A DNA stretch of 64,000 bases from Promethearchaeota archaeon (GTDB taxonomy: Archaea; Asgardarchaeota; Lokiarchaeia; Sigyniarchaeales; SOKP01), in NCBI GenBank assembly GCA_019058295.1, contig JAHPZI010000021.1, positions 192,001 to 256,000 of the forward strand, read 5' to 3'. Under the pieces are notes generated by a model. It saw nothing but the letters and a program-made list of their open reading frames with translations, had not been told where the DNA came from and searched no databases. Of this stretch, positions 59,117-64,000 are shown one piece after another (the stretch's first letter is position 1; each line of letters opens with the position of its first letter). Made by a program: the position numbers and the translations under genes.

Positions 59117-59353
59117 TTATGATCTGGATTTTGCTTTGCGAACGATGAAGTAAACTATAATTCCTATGATCGGAGATAATAAAAGAATTATAATCCAGAG
59201 TTCTCCGTTTAAGTCTCTCTTTACAGCGTCTTTATAGATATATTGAACCAAATAGATATATACTATAATTAAAGCTATTGCTAAAATAATTAAAAGAGCA
59301 ATTACAAAGATTGGTAATGCTGTCATCACTTCGCCTCTTTCTAATAATACCAT
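59117..59353 (-). CDS. Small membrane protein (PLDc_N-like hairpin)
   Basis: YKDA.KR....LWIIILLLSPIIGIIVYFIVR. Confidence 0.7.
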   Translation of the reverse strand: MVLLERGEVMTALPIFVIALLIILAIALIIVYIYLVQYIYKDAVKRDLNGELWIIILLLSPIIGIIVYFIVRKAKSRS

Positions 59354-59533
59354 TTTACTTTCCTCATTTTTTTTTATTCATAAGTTATATTTTTTACTTA
59401 TTATTTATAGAAAAATACTCATTATATTTAAATCATCACTAGTCCAATATTTGAAATATGTATTTTTATTAAAAAAAATATATAATTTTATAAGAGGGGA
59501 TGAACATTATTAAAATATAAGGTTCAATAAAAG

Positions 59534-60277
59534 GTGGTTACAATTACTAATGAATCTAAAAAAAATCCAAGAATTAATTTTTTAATAGAAAATGAAGTAA
59601 AGGATAGATGGATTAAGTTCGTTGAAGATAATGAGGATCTCTCAACCCTATCCAAATTAATTCGTATAGCTGTTGAAAATTATATAGAACAACAATTGAA
59701 TAAAGAAGAAAGCTATAAAATTTCTAAATTTGCACATAGAATAAAAGAAGAATTAAGCTCAATAAAAGGTTATTCAAAGATGTTAATGGATGAATTTAAA
59801 GATGAGTGGTCTTTTGAAAATTTAAAAAAACTTTCCCATATATATCAAAATAGCCTAACTATAGAAAATATAATTAATTTAATTCAAAATCCAGAAAGTA
59901 TTGAGAAACAGAAATATGATGTTTTAATTATTGATGATAATCCTGGTGCGATTGATTTAATAACTGATATATTAAAAAATAAAGGTCTTTCTTATAAAAC
60001 AGCTCATTCTGGGAGTAGTGCTCTTGAATTATTAAAAATTTCAAAGCCTAAATTAATTTTACTGGATATTCTCTTACCTGGGAGTGATGGATATGAAATT
60101 TGCATGAAGATAAAGACAAAAAAAAGCTTAAAGGATATTCCAGTGTATTACATCACAGCTGTACCTGAAGAAGAAGTTGCTGAGAAATTTAAGGAAACAG
60201 GAGCAGAAGGATATATTTTAAAACCTTTTGAAGTTGAAAATTTTAATTCTATAATTCAATCAGTAAAAAATAAATAG
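59534..60277 (+). CDS. Response regulator: ribbon-helix-helix + HisKA/DHp-like + receiver domain
   Basis: RINFLI...WIKF......LSKLIRIAVENYI; FAHRIKEELSSIKGY; IIDD...LLDILLP..DG...ITA...KPF. Confidence 0.85.
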   Translation: MVTITNESKKNPRINFLIENEVKDRWIKFVEDNEDLSTLSKLIRIAVENYIEQQLNKEESYKISKFAHRIKEELSSIKGYSKMLMDEFKDEWSFENLKKLSHIYQNSLTIENIINLIQNPESIEKQKYDVLIIDDNPGAIDLITDILKNKGLSYKTAHSGSSALELLKISKPKLILLDILLPGSDGYEICMKIKTKKSLKDIPVYYITAVPEEEVAEKFKETGAEGYILKPFEVENFNSIIQSVKNK

Positions 60278-60284
60278 AGATAGG

Positions 60285-61694
60285 ATGATCTTCCAGCAAA
60301 CACCGAGGGAACACTTTTCTATTATATTCTTTGTAATCAGTTTTATAATATCTATAATACTGTTAATGTTGATTATACATTTTTACCGTAAGAAGAAAAG
60401 TGCTATTAGAATGTTCCTTATAGTTATGTTTTTAGCAAACTTTTTATTTACAATGATTGGGATAATTGGTTATTATACTCCAGGTTATTTAGTGGAATTT
60501 ATACTTTCATTAATAGCGATAATAGCAGTATTTATTGTATTAATTACATTAAACAGAAAACTCTCTGAAGAAATGGAGGAAACTGCTGAAGAACTAAAAG
60601 TATCTGAAGATAAATATCGAATGATAATTGATAATATAATTGATGTGATTTTTGAAATAGATTTAAATGGAGCCTTTTCATATTTTAGCCCACAAATCAA
60701 AGAACTTCTCAATTACGATCCTGAAGAGATATTGATTCTTGAAATGTCTACATTTATTCATTCAGAGGATTTACAGTTATTAGAGAACTCAGTTGAAAAA
60801 ATGAAAGAGACAGGAGAGAATTTATCTATTGAATGTAGGTTTATACACAAGTCTGGTAGATACATACCTACCTCCACAAGAGCTAGTTTAGTAAAAGATA
60901 AAAAAGGTAAATTAAAGAAGATAGTTGGGATTATTAGAGATATAACAGAACAAAAGAAAACAGAAAAAATAATCCAAAAGCAAATGGATAAATTAAAAGA
61001 AATTGATAAAATTCGCACAGATCTCGTAAGAAGGACGTCGCATGAATTAAAAACCCCTTTATTATCTATATATAGCTCATCTCAATATTTGTTGGATTCC
61101 TATAAAGATAGTTTAAATGAGGACATCCTTAAGCTCATTGGAACAATAAATAGAGGGGGAAAACGACTTAAAATTTTAACTGATAATTTAATAGCTTCAT
61201 ATAATATAGAATCGAGAGGGATAGAATTAAAGAAAGAAAAAGTAGATATAGTTAAGACTATAAAGCAATGCGTTGATGACTTAATACTATCCATAGAAGA
61301 AAGAGATCTTTATTTAAAATTTGAGCTTGATGACAGCTATTTTATTGAAATTGATAAAATGAGAATTGAACAGGTAATATTAAATATTTTATCCAATGCT
61401 ATAAAAAATACTCCACCAAAGGGTTTTATTTATATTACATTAGAGGAGAATGGTGAATTTATAGATATTATTGTAAATGACACTGGAATAGGATTTAATG
61501 AATCTGAAAAAGAGAAGATCTTTAAAAAGTTTGGAAAAATTGAAAGACAAGGCGAATATATTAATACAGAAGGATCTGGGCTTGGATTGTATATCTCAAA
61601 AGAAATAGTGGAATTACATGGTGGAAGGATCCTTGTTGAATCTGAAGGGAGAAATCAAGGAGCTAAATTTATAATACATCTCCCTATAAAATAG
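60285..61694 (+). CDS. Membrane-bound PAS-domain sensor histidine kinase
   Basis: 3 TM, PAS/PAC, SHELKTPL, NILSNAIK, DTGIG and GSGLGL. Confidence 0.95.
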   Translation: MIFQQTPREHFSIIFFVISFIISIILLMLIIHFYRKKKSAIRMFLIVMFLANFLFTMIGIIGYYTPGYLVEFILSLIAIIAVFIVLITLNRKLSEEMEETAEELKVSEDKYRMIIDNIIDVIFEIDLNGAFSYFSPQIKELLNYDPEEILILEMSTFIHSEDLQLLENSVEKMKETGENLSIECRFIHKSGRYIPTSTRASLVKDKKGKLKKIVGIIRDITEQKKTEKIIQKQMDKLKEIDKIRTDLVRRTSHELKTPLLSIYSSSQYLLDSYKDSLNEDILKLIGTINRGGKRLKILTDNLIASYNIESRGIELKKEKVDIVKTIKQCVDDLILSIEERDLYLKFELDDSYFIEIDKMRIEQVILNILSNAIKNTPPKGFIYITLEENGEFIDIIVNDTGIGFNESEKEKIFKKFGKIERQGEYINTEGSGLGLYISKEIVELHGGRILVESEGRNQGAKFIIHLPIK

Positions 61695-61802
61695 AATATA
61701 ATAAGACCTTTTTGAATATGGGACTTAATATTAATATCTATAAAATTTGAAATTATAATAAATATTTAATTAAATTAAATAATATTTTATTTGGTTTTAT
61801 GA

Positions 61803-62615
61803 ATGAGTCAGAATTTAGAAAGATATTGGGAATTTGGAAAAAAATTTGAGCAATTTTTAAGACCAGCTACTTTTCCAATAGCGATTAAACTAATAAAAAA
61901 TGAATCAGAAATTCCTCCAGGCTGTAAAAGCCCTGATAAGGATTTAAAAATCCAAAACTTTGTATGTCAGAATTTTACAATGGTCAGAAGATATGGTTCG
62001 AGTGTTTTAATTACAGAAAAAGATATAGTTTGTAAATTTGCTCGAACTGTATATGGTTGGGATGAAATTAATGAAAAAATGGCAGAATGGGGAAATAAGT
62101 TCAACATAGGGCTCTATGCTAAAGATTTAGAAACTTCTAAAAAAATACAAAGACACATTTATATCTTGAATAATGAATATATAGGGCTTGTAATTTCACC
62201 TCTCACGCGAACTAAAGTGGAACCAGATGTTGTTCAAATCTATTGTACACCTGCTCAAGCAATGCGGTTAACTCAAGCATATCTTTATATGGAAGGTGGG
62301 ATTCTTAGATTCACAGACGCAGGAAGGATGGGGTCTTGTCATATTGGTGTAATAAAAACCTTTCAAACTAACAAACCTCAATTAGTAATGCTGGGAAATG
62401 GAGATCGAGTATGGGGTGGCGCAGAAGATTATGAAGTCATGTATTCGATTCCACAGAGTAAATTAGATATTATCATCGAGGGCTTAGAAGCAACTCATAC
62501 AGCAGGATTGAGATATCCAATACCTAAATATATGAATTATAAGCCAGGTTTCCAAACAGATTTTGAGAAAAGGGCAAAAAAAAGAGCGGGGGGCACAATA
62601 CTTAAAGAAAATTAG
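61803..62615 (+). CDS. DUF169-family protein
   Basis: FPIAIKL, CQ....RRYG, PDVV..Y.TPAQAMRL and GDR. Confidence 0.8.
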   Translation: MSQNLERYWEFGKKFEQFLRPATFPIAIKLIKNESEIPPGCKSPDKDLKIQNFVCQNFTMVRRYGSSVLITEKDIVCKFARTVYGWDEINEKMAEWGNKFNIGLYAKDLETSKKIQRHIYILNNEYIGLVISPLTRTKVEPDVVQIYCTPAQAMRLTQAYLYMEGGILRFTDAGRMGSCHIGVIKTFQTNKPQLVMLGNGDRVWGGAEDYEVMYSIPQSKLDIIIEGLEATHTAGLRYPIPKYMNYKPGFQTDFEKRAKKRAGGTILKEN

Positions 62616-62647
62616 TTCATTTTTTTTTAGCCAATCAAGATTGTCTT

Positions 62648-63667
62648 TTAATTGATAATTTTAAGTTTATATTTATCCATAAATCCCGCCATGGGGATAA
62701 ATTCATTGTTTTCTATGCCCATTCTTATTTTATGGTTATTCATCAGAGATTCATAGGTTGATTGGGTAATCTCACGTATGGGATTACCCCAAATATAAAG
62801 TTCTTTAAGTGATTTTAAATCTTCCAAGTTTTCTAGTCGATTAATTTTATTTTCAGAAAGATCCAAATGTTCGAGATTTGGTAAATTTTCAAGATTTTCT
62901 AATTTTATGATTTCATTATGATTTAGGTCGAGCCAGGTGAGCTTTTCAAGTCCATTAAGATTCTCTATTTTTGATATTTGGTTATAACCGAGCATAATTC
63001 TTTCTAAATTACTTAAATTGCTAAGATTATCAATATCTTTAATTTCGTTATTATACAAAACAAGATCTCTTAGATTTGTTAAATAATCAAGTCCAGAAAT
63101 TTTTGTAATTGAATTTGAGGCAAGATTAAGATATTCGAGTGATGTAGGTAAGATTAAATTATCAAGGGCTATGATATAATTATTATGCAAATCCAAATCC
63201 GACAATTTGCCCAAGCTTGATAAATTTGCATGTAGTTCTATCTGATTTTCAGCTAGATTTAGTTTTTCTAGATTTTTCAATCCGTCAAGCCCTTCAATTC
63301 TTTTTATCTGGTTGAAAGAGAGATTTAGTTCAATTAAATTTGTGTTTTCATCTAAATTTTCGATTTTTTCTAGACGCGCATTATGAATTCCTAATGTCTT
63401 TAGATTTTTCAAAGAATGAAGATTTTGAATTTTCGAAATCTTATTCCCAAAAAGAAAGAGAGATTCAAGTTGAGGAAAAAGGTGAGTATATTCAATTTTT
63501 TCTATCTGAACATCTAGATCATGTTGTATTAGACTTATACTTTTTAAATTTGGAAAGATTTCAAATTCTTTTAAATTCTTAATTGGTATATAGGCGAGTC
63601 TTAAATATGTGATATCTTTTTTATAGTTTTTACCATAAAATGTGATTTGATCTTTTTCCTCGCTCAT
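62648..63667 (-). CDS. SDS22-like leucine-rich-repeat protein
   Basis: About ten 22-aa L..L.L..N.I..IE.L repeats ending in GNPI. Confidence 0.93.
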   Translation of the reverse strand: MSEEKDQITFYGKNYKKDITYLRLAYIPIKNLKEFEIFPNLKSISLIQHDLDVQIEKIEYTHLFPQLESLFLFGNKISKIQNLHSLKNLKTLGIHNARLEKIENLDENTNLIELNLSFNQIKRIEGLDGLKNLEKLNLAENQIELHANLSSLGKLSDLDLHNNYIIALDNLILPTSLEYLNLASNSITKISGLDYLTNLRDLVLYNNEIKDIDNLSNLSNLERIMLGYNQISKIENLNGLEKLTWLDLNHNEIIKLENLENLPNLEHLDLSENKINRLENLEDLKSLKELYIWGNPIREITQSTYESLMNNHKIRMGIENNEFIPMAGFMDKYKLKIIN

Positions 63668-63754
63668 AGTTAATAACTCAAATTATTAATACATTATAAT
63701 AGTTATTAAAATGCTGGATGTGATTCCGAAATATTAAATGATTTTCAAATATCA

Positions 63755-64000
63755 TTACTTATTTATTAAATATAAAGCTTCTGCTAATTCGTTAAATGAT
63801 TTTATTACATTATCTCCTGTTAAAGCAGAAGTTTCAAAATAGACGAGATTAAGTTCTTTTGCAAGTTTAGACGCTTCTTCTTCAGAAACGACTCTTTCAT
63901 CGCGGAGATCAGATTTATTTCCTAAAATGAATCCGATTGGCTCTTCTCGAATATTTACATATTTGGCGATGTCATTATACCAGCTTTTAATATTATTAAA
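63755..64000 (-). CDS. Rab-like small GTPase (C-terminal part; 5' end beyond the window)
   Basis: Manual translation FNNIKSWYNDI...GNKSDL (G4)...YFETSALTG (G5)...*. Confidence 0.9.
   Translation of the reverse strand, partial: FNNIKSWYNDIAKYVNIREEPIGFILGNKSDLRDERVVSEEEASKLAKELNLVYFETSALTGDNVIKSFNELAEALYLINK

Noticed and set aside
5244-63582. Many 60-120 aa ORFs in the track antisense to or overlapping longer genes (e.g. 5244..5489, 26877..27191, 33574..33933, 47550..47864)
   Set aside because: They are shadows of well-supported genes on the other strand or frame, with no motifs of their own.

Overview
AT-rich archaeal chromosomal segment, very probably from a Lokiarchaeia (Asgard) genome. 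This is inferred from the archaeal informational genes (Hef helicase, histone, proteasome beta, S8e, SRP19, GluRS, intron-containing tRNA-Pro) together with eukaryotic-signature-type genes (longin-like protein, Rab-like GTPase, SDS22-type LRR). It carries about 58 CDS and 2 tRNAs, mostly housekeeping and catabolic (AOR, acyl-CoA synthetase, three tandem amidases, acylases, sulfatases). No transposase, integrase or CRISPR array was seen. The best candidates for something new are: (1) five genes whose conserved N-termini lie upstream of the first ATG/GTG/TTG and which appear to start at ATA, ATT or CTG behind a GGTG ribosome-binding motif; (2) an RHH-DHp(His)-receiver response regulator paired with a PAS histidine kinase; (3) a multi-pass membrane protein with a TFIIH-p44-type C4C4 RING lying between a JAMM protease and the proteasome beta gene; (4) a SIRT6/7 (class IV)-like sirtuin; (5) an SDR/SCP2-like/ALDH/SCP2-like operon; (6) a decayed duplicate of the tRNA-Pro promoter and 5' end bracketing one gene. 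All family calls come from motif reading by eye; no database searches were run.
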